DNA of 56,986 bases, counting the filler, from Catajapyx aquilonaris (Eukaryota), in assembly GCA_000934665.2 (NCBI GenBank). It is 3 parts of 3 records of this genome, joined end to end, with 100 filler letters (N's around TTAATTAATTAA, not from the genome) between each part and the next. Parts side by side here need not be neighbours in the genome. Positions count along the whole stretch, not along the records: positions 1 to 18,920 come from JYFJ02006574.1; positions 19,021 to 37,942 come from JYFJ02006575.1; 1 more part is not named here. One strand, written 5' to 3'. The notes below the pieces were generated by a model. That model ran no database searches. It worked only from the letters and a program-made list of their open reading frames with translations, and was not told the DNA's origin. Position 1 is the stretch's first letter; every line of letters starts with the position of its first letter. The position numbers and the translations under genes were made by a program. Positions 12,768 through 24,331 of this stretch are shown piece after piece.

Positions 12768-13390
12768 TGTTGCTTCACTCACTTTTGAAGCACAACTGCC
12801 AACATTTGTCCCCAACAGAATAAGTACTCATTGATTATTGCTTCCACAAGAACCGCACCCTGTCACACGGACAAGGTTCATTGGATAGTTTATAGCTTAT
12901 GAGTGTGGCTATTAACCCATAGCAATCTGTTGCATTATTACCATTATAACGGAAAACGATAATAATGCTTCTCGTAGCTTGTCAGTCTTAATACATTGTT
13001 TCGTGGTCGTGTTATAAATAAATGGTAGAATCTGTCACGGATGAAACTTCGATACGAAGATAATATTACTTACTCTCATGCTTGCAGAAGAACAAGATCC
13101 CATGATGCAAATGGCAATGAAGCGGATCACTGTCACAATGGCTGGTTGACCGCTTGACGCGAAAAATTCTCATTACAATCTCATTACAATTTATTCAGTT
13201 CATCAGTTTGGAATTAATTCAACTGTGGGGGCAGGGGACAAGAAACGTTTCCCTCCCGAATCCCCTTACTATTCCATTTTATTTCATCATCAACAACTTC
13301 CACTGATGGAGCACAGAAGAAATCAAACGATGCTGGAAGATATCCTTTGTCGATGACATACAGTATGTGTGAAAAATAGTAATCTCAGTA

Positions 13391-14270
13391 CAGTTACGAT
13401 CAGAAGTATTATCACTTTTGACCGTCACGTCGTGTAGCATTGAATTTGGCAATTCCTTGCCATGTCAACGGTGGAAGTAGATAACTTATACAGGGTGTAA
13501 ATGAATTCAGCCGACAAACTTGTGGGGGTAATAGAGGGGACCAAGACAAACATTTTTGACATAGGAACCCGTGTCCGGAAACGCCATCTAGAGGGGGTTC
13601 ATAGACAAGGAACGGGTGCGCTCAGACGCGTCACGCGAGAGGTTCTAGGCTGTTTTGTTGATAGATGGCGCTCGGATAGTAACCAACGATGCGATGTGCC
13701 ATAACGTGGCAACAACAGAGTCATCTAGCAACTAAAGTCCGCCTCCTAGGAGAGCGCGGATAGTCAACAGCGGTTCTGTTGTTGCCAGGTTATGGCGTAT
13801 CGCGTTGTTGTTTACTTACAACGACGCGATACGCCATAACCTGGCAACACCTGCGCGCCATCTATCAACAAAACAGTCCGCTCGACTAGCACCTCTCGCG
13901 TGACGCGTCTGAGCGCACCCGTTCCTTGTCTATGAACCCCCTCTAGATGGCGTTTCCGGACACGGGTTCCTATGTCAAAAATGTTTGTCTTGGTCCCCTC
14001 TATTACCCCTACAAGTTTGTCGGCTGAATTCATTTACACCCGGTATATAATAACAGACAGGATCAGAATAATGAAGTGCACCATTGCTGGCCACCGTTGG
14101 TACCATTTCCAACTCTACTTTTCCCTGGGCCAAGGACAAGGAGCGATTCCTCCAAATGTCGCCAAGATTGCCAATGGTCTGAACGCGGTCCAAAAGGCGG
14201 CATATTCCTCATTGTCTTCTTGCCTCACTCCTTTTTGAAGCACCACTGCGAATACATTTGTCCCCAACAG
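13391..14270 (-). pseudogene. Gustatory receptor 5' fragment interrupted by a MITE
   Basis: High nucleotide similarity to 12460-12830 (AFWTAFRPL...RWPAMVHFIIL) on both sides of the MITE; the rest of the gene is deleted. Confidence 0.82.
13491..14043. mobile_element. Tc1/mariner-type MITE, copy 1
   Basis: About 150-bp near-perfect TIRs starting CAGGGTG, TA on both sides, no transposase. The twin ORFs 13501+ and 14033- are a by-product of the TIRs. Confidence 0.9.
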
Positions 14271-15107
14271 ACGAATAAGTTCTCATCGATTGTTGCCTTC
14301 AAAAGAACCGCACCCTAATACCAAGCGGCCAGGGTACAAAACAAATTATAGTTTACAGCTTGGGAGTGGGACTATTTACTCATCAAGAGCTATTGTGTGA
14401 ATACGATATCTCGTGACTTGTCAGTCTTAATGCAGCGTTTCGTGATCGTGTTATAAATAAATGGTAGAAACTGTCATGGAGGAAAATTCGGCCCGAAGAT
14501 AATTATTACTCATTGTCATTCTGTCTGTGTTGCAGCTGTGTTTGATTAATTATTTGTTTGCTGGCAATTTTGTATTATGACACTGATGGCTTCAAATCCA
14601 GAATAATAAATCAGTTACCAATTTGTGCTGCAAATACTGCTTAGGATACAAGATGGCACTAACATAATCAGCGCAAGTTGCAGTACAGCTTTTATAATAC
14701 TATGTTGCAAAACATTATTCAGATATAGAAGTAACAAAATAAAGTAACACGTTCATAATAGTTGGATAGACCTTTTTAAATTATGGGGGTCACTTACTGT
14801 ACTTTCGCACAATTATTTGTTTCATTACAAACTTTATATACAGTAGATTGTGGAATGTGAGATGGTTCTTGCAGGGAAGTGTCTTGCTTCTTGGCTCGTT
14901 GAAACTGCTTGACACGTTTCAACTGAGTGCTGAGGCTGCAGTATACTGCGTGTTACTGATTCGTTAACAATCTGTGTTGCATTGCAATAAGTCATAAAAG
15001 GGCAAGTTACAAGGTTGGAAATGTGTTTTGGCAGCCCATAATAATTGCCATAATAATTATATTACAATCTTCTTTTGACGTGGATACGTCTGTAAAATCG
15101 GATCATG

Positions 15108-15274
15108 GGGCATGCAGGCAAACTCGAGCGTTACAGAAAGCGTTACAGCAGGACCCCGCCAGGGGGCCAATGGCGTGGGCATGCAGGTAAACTCGAGCGA
15201 AAAGCGTTACAGAAAACCCCCTGCCCCCAGCCATGGGCCCCGTGGCGGGGTCCTGCTGTAACGCTTTTCTGTAA
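15108..15274. repeat. GC-rich nested direct/inverted repeat island, probable transposon remnant
   Basis: ttacagaaagcgttacagcaggaccccgcca (15131-15161) is inverted at 15243-15274; gggcatgcaggYaaactcgagcg occurs twice in direct orientation (15108, 15177). Confidence 0.55.
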
Positions 15275-15988
15275 ATGCGAAATTGCCAGACGATTCTACA
15301 CACCTGTAATAATGATGGATTCCGACTATGATAATTTGAAAATTGCACTTGTCAATTACTGTATCATACAATCGTACAGTACTACATCCTTAATTATTTC
15401 ACTCTTGTATTTTGCGAACTGAAAATAAATTCATTGGTTAAGATATTTCTAGACCTGGTATGTAAGGTGCAATGTACAGTGTGGAATTGCGGTTTTATTT
15501 GCGAGTAGTTATTTTAATTGTGGTCCGTGTATAGGTTGATTTGTGCAATACTATTCATTCCCCTTTGTAACAACAGAGAGCAACAATGAGGTTATTCGCA
15601 GCCACCCTTGTCCTTCTCTTGACCTTATTTGCAGCAGTTATAACAGTCAACTGGTACATTTCAATAAATTCTCACTGTGTCTCTCTAATGTACGAGTCAC
15701 TATATGCCAACTGGGGCTTTGTTATTCACTGGCATAATATTAATGATGTCCTCTGAGGGGATCCCAACGGATATCAAACATCGATACAACAGTTACGCGT
15801 CGGAGTCCCTACTTGGAGCACATCGGCTACACACTGCACTCTCATGGTCCATGGACAATATTATTTAGATTTGAATAGTTTTCGTAATAAGTGAGTCATA
15901 AGATTCAAGCGACATTGGAGACTTTTCATAACTTTGATTTTGCATATAAAAGGAGTCGGGCAATTATTGCCAATTCATGGTTGGGGGA

Positions 15989-16820
15989 ATGTCGGCAAGA
16001 GTGATTTCAGTGGACGAGACCAACAATCAGGGAATAATTACGGAAGGAAAGGTGCATTTTGGGAAGTGTTGAGACCAGTGGCCATCTTGTCAGTGTGTGG
16101 AGGAATCGCTCCTTTTCCTTGGCCCAAGAAAGATGAGGATTTTAGAGGGAAGTGGTACAGACGATGGCCAACAATGGTTCATTTAATTTTGCATGCCTCT
16201 TACCTCGTCATCTTCAGCTCTAACCCACCAGGGGATTGGGATTGGCCCAATCATAATCAAACGAAAAGCCCGACTCAATGACTGACGGGTTTAATTGTGT
16301 TTCTCCTCGCGACGATTGGACCGTCGCTGAACTACATTTGGGCACAACGAAGTCTAACTAATATTTGGAAACTCATTAACCGATTTTCAAATCAAAATGT
16401 GCAACGTCACAAGAAAAGACTGAGAAAATGCTCCTTGTTGCTTTCTGTGACCTCCGTTTTACTTCCTTTACTGGAATTGCCCCGGTTTATAGCTTCTGTA
16501 GCTCTTGCTGGGGTGTTAGGTCAGCCATATTTCTTGCTTGTGATTTTCTGTTTGTGGCACTGTTTCTTCCTGCTGCACGTAGTTCCCATTCAGCTATTAT
16601 TTCTAGGTTCACGGTTCACGGTTAATCGAAGCCTCTTGACGTCGGTGAGTTGCGCTGCTAAATAGGGTAATTGCCATTAATCCACTGACATTAATTTTGA
16701 TTCCCCCTTCAGGTTGCCGGATCTGTGACCACATACCTCATAGTACTGGCTCAATTCAAAGGAGCAGAAAAGGTGGATGAATTTTCTATCTCGGCGTCAC
16801 CTAATGTAACAAGATCATAG
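15989..16820 (+). pseudogene. Gustatory receptor pseudogene with internal deletion
   Basis: AFWEVLRPVAILSVCGGIAPFPWP N-terminus is frameshifted relative to the ATG at 15989, TGA at 16279, exon 1 is fused directly to FTVNRSLLTS|gtgagt, and the last exon 16713-16820 carries TTYLIVLAQF. Confidence 0.87.
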
Positions 16821-17804
16821 TGAGGCTGGAGAGTCCGCTTGAGCCAATATTGTGGCCTTTCCATCCGGTAGTTTTGGCATCGCCGGTTCCCTTGCACGGA
16901 AATCAGCTCCTATCTGTGTGAACATTAGCTGAAGTGTGCAATTCATTTTGTGAATAAATATTTTAGTGTCTGATTTTTGTAAGCGCAAGGATCGCTCAAT
17001 TTGTTAAAAACATTAACAGTTAAGACCCACCTGCTTTTCACTAATTTCATTTTACTTCATCATCAGCAACTTCCACTGAAACACAGAAGAAATCAAACGA
17101 TCCTGGAAGGCATCCTTTGTCGATGACGTATGTATGAAAAATAGTAAGCCTACTGCCTACTGCGGTCGTGGGTCTCAGGTCTCCGGTCGCCGCGACTTAG
17201 GGTGGCGCGAGCAAGTAGAATTTGACCTCACACGCTTCGAAATCGATTTTGTGTAACAATTTATTAATCAGGTTTAATCAAATCGATCAGTCGCGTTGAC
17301 CCGCGACAGGCCAGTCGGGACCGGCGACCCGCCACCCGCGACCGGATGCAGGTGTTGTGGCTTTGAAAAATCGGTACTTTGGCTTGTATTTTGATCCAAC
17401 TAACGTGAAAATTAGCAGCAGGGGTGATGTTTGCACAACACTATAGGTCAAGCAGAATTAGGAAAGTCAAAAATTTTCAAAATTTAGGAGGGTAAGAAGA
17501 GTTAGTTTGGTTGTCAGTAGAGACCAGTGTCACCAATAAGTAGCAAGTCAGTAAATAAGAATGAATAGGAAAATACATTGATCATGGGATATTCCAAGTT
17601 ACAAATTACTACTTGACAAGGTTAAGGGGTACATAATTACCTGGTGATTGATGAATGTCAATTATTATTAGGAAAGATAACCTTCTTGTATGACACCATG
17701 TAGGTTAAGTAAAAAATAATAAAGAGAAGAAAACCATGTCCCAATCATATCTGTGGACATTCTTTCCTCTACTCTGCCAATTAAGTCCACCAGCACCATT
17801 ACGG

Positions 17805-18823
17805 TTATTCAGAGGCCTTGAATTGAGCCAGGAAAATGAGGCACGTAGTCCCAAATCCCGCCATCTATGGAGAAAAATAGAGAAAAAAGTGTTAAAGGAA
17901 AAATAATTGGCATGCCACTGAATGTATGCATTGATTTGTGAATCATTGATTCAAGCAGTAATTGTTCTCTTCTCATGTATAATTATACAAGGGTACATTA
18001 TACTATAATATTGAAGACATATTGACAACTTACTGAGGTCAAGAGGCCCCGGTTGATGGAAAAGTATCCACCGGCAGTAATCACTATGGGAGGACCTGTC
18101 ATCTTCTGGACCAGGGCTTCAATCTGATACAAACGGTGAAAGTTTTTGTTATTGATACTATACGATATAAGTAATACAGCAAGAACACTTACGTGAGCCT
18201 TGATGTTTGGATTGGCAACGAGAGGGCTTGCACTTAACAAATGAGTCAGAGACCGTGTGCTCTGAAAATATGAATTATTAATAACTGCACGATGACCCGC
18301 GCAAAAATGATGACATACTTGCGATGGTATGGATCCCAGGATCAAAGTAAATGCAATTATTGATATCAGTGTGGCTCCGGTGATGGTAATTAATGCCGCT
18401 GTGTCCAACACACTAACAAATGGCACCAACAGCAACTCAGAAATCGAGCATATTACCCGCACTGCATTCATAAAGTAATGAGCCAAAATGCACATTCCAT
18501 AAACGCTGTCCATGTTTTCCACTACGAAGCATAGTTCGTAATATTTACGAAAAAGCAACTCTATATTTTGGCCAAAAATTTCATTCGCTTTCTGCCTCTC
18601 TCCTGATGAGGACAAAAATAATGAATCGCACGTATTAATTATTTTCTCACTTAACTCGTGCAACAATTCCCAGACAACGATCGCCAGAAATGCCACCTGA
18701 GTGGGGATCAAATGAGACAAAAAAATAGCAGTGCCATATGAAGAATAAATTCAAAATGTTCCTAATCTCGAATGGGCAGGAAAACGCAAAACGTCTGATA
18801 ATTAAGTTAATTACTTCCAATAA
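17805..18823 (-). pseudogene. Gustatory receptor, recent duplicate of the 12767 gene, frameshifted and 5'-truncated
   Basis: Nearly identical to 11300-12303 including introns. One extra A in the run at 18719-18725, and homology stops at about 18823, before the gap. The last exon reads TTCLIFLAQF. Confidence 0.8.
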
Positions 18824-18920
18824 AGACAATCGTCTGGCCAGAGGAACATGGCTCTTCTATCCGGCCAATCACAGACGGGCGCCCTCCGCGCCACAGGAGA
18901 AGTGTGGCGGGGCCTTGTAC

Positions 18921-19020
18921 NNNNNNNNNNNNNNNNNNNNNNNNNNNNNNNNNNNNNNNNNNNNTTAATTAATTAANNNNNNNNNNNNNNNNNNNNNNNN
19001 NNNNNNNNNNNNNNNNNNNN
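18921..19020. other. Assembly gap with artificial linker
   Basis: N run, TTAATTAATTAA (stops in all six frames), N run. Confidence 0.97.
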
Positions 19021-19614
19021 CCACCTACCCCCAAACTTCGAACATTCCCAGAATCTAGGAGAGAAACTGAACTTAAATTAGTATGACTTGCGGTTCTCCC
19101 GATCATCTCTTCTCGACCCAAAAGGAAAATAACTGGAATGAAGGTCAGGCACTCGCAGCAGGTCCCAGGCGTAACCATGTTATCAATAAGGTATAAATAT
19201 ACTTATTCAAGGTTTAGTATCCCTTTTATTTGCCATTTAAGAAAAACAAAAGAACTTGCCATCACAGGTCCCAAGAAGATCCGCCCTCATGATCATGGCA
19301 CTTATTACTGATTGTAACCAATAAGTCTTTAAGATTTTGGCCGGCATTGTTCTGGTGTCGGGGGGATTACTCCCCATATTTTGTATAATGAAATCCAATA
19401 ATGACGTGGTTTATCACATTAACACTTGGTTGCTTCCCAATCAAAAACCTGCGTTCCTCAACAGATTACAGAGGCCTTCCCAGAAAATCCGGAAGGTCGT
19501 GACAAAAGGAACGCAATGAGATGGTAAGCTGCGGCATGATTGTGGTGGATGATTCATGGTTGACAAAGCGTCGCGTCTGGTTTGATAACGACGCGACGGG
19601 GAACATTGAATCCT

Positions 19615-19990
19615 TGGGGTTGTTTTTGGTCCCTCTCCAGGAAGATGGAGAGGAGAGGTGGAAGAGGGCGGGTCTTCCGGAATATCCCCCCCATCCCCCC
19701 TCTCCACGATTAAACCCAAAAACGGGCGGAATGGTGTAGCTAGGGGAGAAGGCATTCAAAACAGTTGAGAAGAGCGCGAGGCGAGGACCCTGCGTGGGCC
19801 TTGGTGACGTTTAATTCTTAAACCTTCACCCGCTTCCCGCCCTCCCTCCGCTCCAGCCCCCTCTCCAGAAAGTCTCTTCCACCTCCGAGGAGAGAAGACA
19901 CTTTTGGGGATATTGTGGAGAGCTCCGCCCATTTCACCCCCCATTTCCCCCCTCTCCAACTTTCTGGAGAGGGAACAAAAACAACCCCCT
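19615..19990. repeat. Degenerate inverted repeat pair (about 75-85 bp arms), probable old MITE
   Basis: ggggttgtttttggtccctctccagga...aatatcccc (about 19616-19689) matches the reverse complement of 19906-19989. Confidence 0.55.
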
Positions 19991-20825
19991 TATTGTTACG
20001 TTCATGCTCATTTCCCAGTTCATACAGACACCTACCATCAACGCTAAATATCTTGAACAGTCTGCTCAAGTCACAAACATCGGGCGGAAATCAAGTCGAA
20101 AGTGGTTCCAATAGGCATTTTTTTTTTTGAAATGAATGAAACGTGTTGATTTTGTTGGCCGCTCTTAAATTATTTGATGAGTTTCTCTTGTGCTTGTATA
20201 CTGCAATGGGGAGAGACAGGCTTCGGTATAATGAATTAAGGCTATTTGAAAATTATATTAATTCCTGCGTCATTTTCCGGATGGGACCAAACATGGCGGC
20301 CTCCTCCTTTCCCGCTGGGCCATACTCTCCTGGGTATAGATGTCCCAACCCTGCCTGCCATCTGACGGGGGAAGCAGCAACCAGGGCATCGCTAGTATCG
20401 CCGCACTATCGTCAACGTTGATCGCTACCCAACGGTTTATTTTCCTGTCTTCTCTTTCTCTAATCTGCGCCCCGGCAGAGATGCTCATTGCAATCATTGG
20501 CTTAGCATCACTGACAGTGTTTTCTGCAGGTGACCCATATGTTGGGCCGGAATGTTTAGAATACTTGCTACTTCGCTTCTTTATTCCTAGTTGTACATTA
20601 TTTTTTTATACTTTTATTCCACTAGCAAATATATTAATGATCTGTTTCCTTTAGACACTGATTAGGGGGTCATGGCCTAATAAACTCATTCCGGGACTGG
20701 GAACAGTCGCTCGGGAGAAAATTCACCAAGGTTTTAATAATTGTTATTAAGACCTGTAACCCCCAAGCCCGTTAGAGGAAGGATGTATGTGACTAGGTCG
20801 GGCGTCACCAACGACTAACAATATA

Positions 20826-21387
20826 CAGGGTGTTTATTGTAACTCTGCAAATACTTTCAGGGGTAATAGAGGGGACCTAGACAAGTATTTTTGACATAGG
20901 AACCCGGGTCCGGAAACGCCATCTAGAGGGGGTTCATAGACAAGGAACGGGTGCGCTCAGACGCGTCACGCGGGAGGCGCTAGTCGAGCGGACTGTTTTG
21001 TTGATAGATGGCGCGCAGTTGTTGCCAGGTTATGGCGTATCCCATTGTTGTTTACTTACAACAACGCGATACGCCATAACCTGGCAACAACAAATCCTCT
21101 GTTGACTATCCGCGCATCTCCGAGGAGGCGTACTTTAGTTGCTAGATGGCTCTGCTGTTGCCAGGTTATGGCACATCGCATCGGTGTTTACTATCCGAGC
21201 GCAATCTGTCAACAAAACAGTCCGCTCGCCTAGCGCCTCCCGCATGAAGCGTCTGAGCGCACCCGTCCCTTGTCTATGAATCCCCTCTAGATGGCGTTTC
21301 CGGACACAGGTTCCTATGTCTAAAATACTTGTCTTGGTCCCCTCTATTACCCCTGAAAGTCTTTGCAGAGTTACAATAAACACCCTG
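20826..21387. mobile_element. Tc1/mariner-type MITE, copy 2 (opposite orientation to copy 1)
   Basis: TA-CAGGGTG...CACCCTG termini, about 190-bp TIRs, and a body homologous to the reverse complement of 13491-14043. Confidence 0.9.
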
Positions 21388-22077
21388 CATAATGGGGAAG
21401 TAGCCTTGGTCTGGGATTTGGGATTTTTGTTCATAACTAGCTAGCCCATGCCTGTAAACATACATTCCATCACTTTGTTGCATCAAAATGACATTACTGG
21501 ATAAATTACGGCACATTAAAAAGTGCCTTCAAAATTGGCAGGTAAAATGCCCCGGCCGGGTGGTGCCAATCGAAAGGGTACACTGAATGAAATGCCTGGT
21601 TGACTGCGAGATATGAGGAATTTGACTTTGAATTAACCGCGGACACGACGGAAATCATTCGCAAGGCGGCTGTAGGCCATCGAGGTGGAGAAAAGGGGCC
21701 TTCATGTGCCGAATTCGGGTGACAGATAATTCCGACCTGGTGGCATCACTGCCATGTACAAAGCGGCTTGAGCGGCCTGGAATAAATACGCGCCCCGGCC
21801 GCTATCTTGCTCACGGAATGGGACGGTTGCTAACAACAGCGAAGCATTTTACGACAATGACGGGGCGCGTTCTATAACACCATTTTTGCGTTCATTTCAC
21901 TTCGCGTGACGTCAACATTTTCTAGGCTAACAGTGACGTCACCATTAGCCTACATAAAAACCCCAATTACTCCGGAACTGAAACTGATATCTTAAAACGG
22001 AATATGCCAAAAAAATCCAAAAAATATGGGCGAATTTATTATGTAGTTTCCAAAATGAAGGCTACTTCCCCATTATG
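21388..22077. mobile_element. Non-autonomous TIR element with 20-bp TIR CATAATGGGGAAGTAGCCTT
   Basis: Perfect 20-bp inverted repeat at 21388-21407 and 22058-22077; a related left-end sequence is at about 23640. No TSD identified. Confidence 0.65.
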
Positions 22078-22226
22078 TGAATAATACAAAGAATCAATTT
22101 AGGGTGTTAGCTCAGGTGTGTATCTCTCTTAGTCTGTCTCCCACACCCCAAAGGTTACCGCATCCAGGCGACATAGCTCTTTGGGTCATTGGAGAACGCA
22201 AGCCCCCCCACCAACGGCAAGGTATA

Positions 22227-22630
22227 GGACCATTCCACGTGAAATCGCCCATGGTGCTTGCTGGACTACCTATTTATTTTTTTCATTTTCACTGAAGGTG
22301 TGGCCTTTCGAACTTTTTTTTTTGCAAATATGTTCCAGTTGCAAAAGTTTTATCTTTGCTTATGCAATTTTCAGTGTGGCCAAGACCTCTAATCTCAGCC
22401 AGTGAAGGCCTGAATGTCCTATCTTTTAAAAAAACCAAACAACAGGTTTCTTTTTCGAAATCCTTTTCTGATCGCAACATTGAAGAAAAATGCGTGTCAA
22501 TCCTAGATGGTGGCAGAAAAAAAAGGCTGCTCAAAGCAGATCAATGCAAAGGCCACCTCTGGTGAAGATTTAAGCAAAAATTTAACTAGATAGCTGCATA
22601 ACTCCTGGGTGATATCACATGGAATGACCC
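22227..22630. mobile_element. MITE with GG..CATTCCAYGTGA termini
   Basis: ggaccattccacgtgaaatcgccca pairs with tgggtgatatcacatggaatgaccc (25 bp, several mismatches); the termini resemble those of the 26673 element. Confidence 0.55.
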
Positions 22631-24331
22631 TGGAGATACATGGGGGGGGGAAATAGGAGAGAAGGGAAGATGGGACCACTATACACACACACTCACACAC
22701 ACATATATACCACAACCACTTTCGGCGACCTCCAGCGTCCATGGGTTGGGGGCAGGGGAAAGAAAAGGACCACTATACACACACACATGTAGCACAACCA
22801 TTGTTGGCTCATTCAGCCGTTCAGCTGCTAGTGAAGATGTAGGGTTTGCCATGGTCTGCAGGGCCGACATCGAGTCCGACAACCTCCTGGTCAGAGTTAG
22901 AAAAACATTGTTGGTGTGACTTAACTATTATACATGAGAAATATAATTATAATGTTTATCTCACCTCACTGGCCTGGCATTTCTTGGGAGTGCTGGCGAG
23001 TGTTGTTGCCATGCCTCCTGCGGCATCGTGGCTGACCTGCACTATGTTCAGAAGGCCACATACAACTATTGGGAAAAATAATTAACATAATTACAGACGT
23101 GACATATTTAAAAGGCATCCATAAGACCAAACTATCAGCCAAAAATTGCAGATACTTGCAATGTCATACATCTTGCTGCTATACCTGCAGCACATGCTTC
23201 ACTTTTGGCAAGCGAGGAACATGGCACAGTTGTGCCACTCACAGATTCCTGCACAAACTAGTTTATGCAATCTTTAGCAATTGGCAACTTCATTTTAGGG
23301 AAAGACCCACATCTGCCAGCAAAGATACAGCAGCTCATGCAGATCTGAAACCTTTTCATTACAAGTTCCATGTTGAATGGATACCATTACCTGAGATAAC
23401 TGGCCTGATTAAATTGCTGATTTATTTGGATATTAAAGGGACACAGTCCTAAGAATTATACACACTTGGAATTTACTTTTAAAACATCACATTATGCTTT
23501 CAAAAATAATGCCAGTGAAAGGCGTAAGATCTTGTGCACTCCAAACAAAGATATGAGTTGTGAAACTTAGGAACAGATTGACTTTTTTTGTCCATGGAAA
23601 TTCATCAAGATATTCATGTTCCTTACGTCACATGTAACCCATAATGGGCATTCCTTTTGTCTGGGATTTGTTTTTGACCTCGGGACAGTTAAAATACAAA
23701 ATCACTAGCCGAATCTTTCCGAATCAACCACACCAAAATCACCAAACCAACAGGATATGGGCATCAGAACCTCCTCTTCAAAGCAGAACCATCTAACGCA
23801 CAGAAAACCCAAAAGCGATCTTGGTCCAGGTGCCTATATATATTAGTGTCCTGTTGTCTCTTGATATATGTAAATGAATTATTTCCCTTCTATGCTACAG
23901 TTCATTACCTTCAAGAAAATGTATATGTTGATTAGGTTGGGAATGTAACTTAAGGAGAAAAAAAAGTGCATGATTGGAGATTTGTTTAAAGTTGATTGTA
24001 CTATTAAATCTGATGAATATAGTCCTGCACATTACCAGACATTACTAAATAGAGGTTTATCCTAAAAACGTACGTAACATTTCATATCGGCTAACGGAAT
24101 AGTTCCAGAAATAAATGCGCAGAAAGGTCGCCTAGAGAAAAAGTGCATCTTTTCCCAGAAATGTTATTTGGTACCCCTTAAAATAAATAACCTATATTAA
24201 TATCTCGATGACTAAAATTAATGCCTACAATTGGATGTGGGCCTCATTTCTCCCCCAAAAAATCGATGACTGTTACTTGACACCCATACCCAATCTGAAA
24301 TGGCATCACCCCAATACATTAAAGAGTAGGT

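Noticed and set aside
11643..12815. ORF-track 390-aa single-exon GR starting at TTG 12815
   Set aside because: It reads through introns by chance; paralogue alignment supports ATG 12767 and four exons.
13501..14033. Twin ORFs MNSADKLVGVIEG... on both strands
   Set aside because: They are translations of MITE TIRs.
17157..17352. GC-rich segment with weak inverted ends (cggtcgtggg / cccgcgaccg)
   Set aside because: Probably an old MITE, but too degenerate to define termini or a TSD.
18965..18976. Palindromic TTAATTAATTAA inside N runs (also 37987-37998)
   Set aside because: Identical six-frame-stop linker in both gaps; a scaffolding artefact, not biology.
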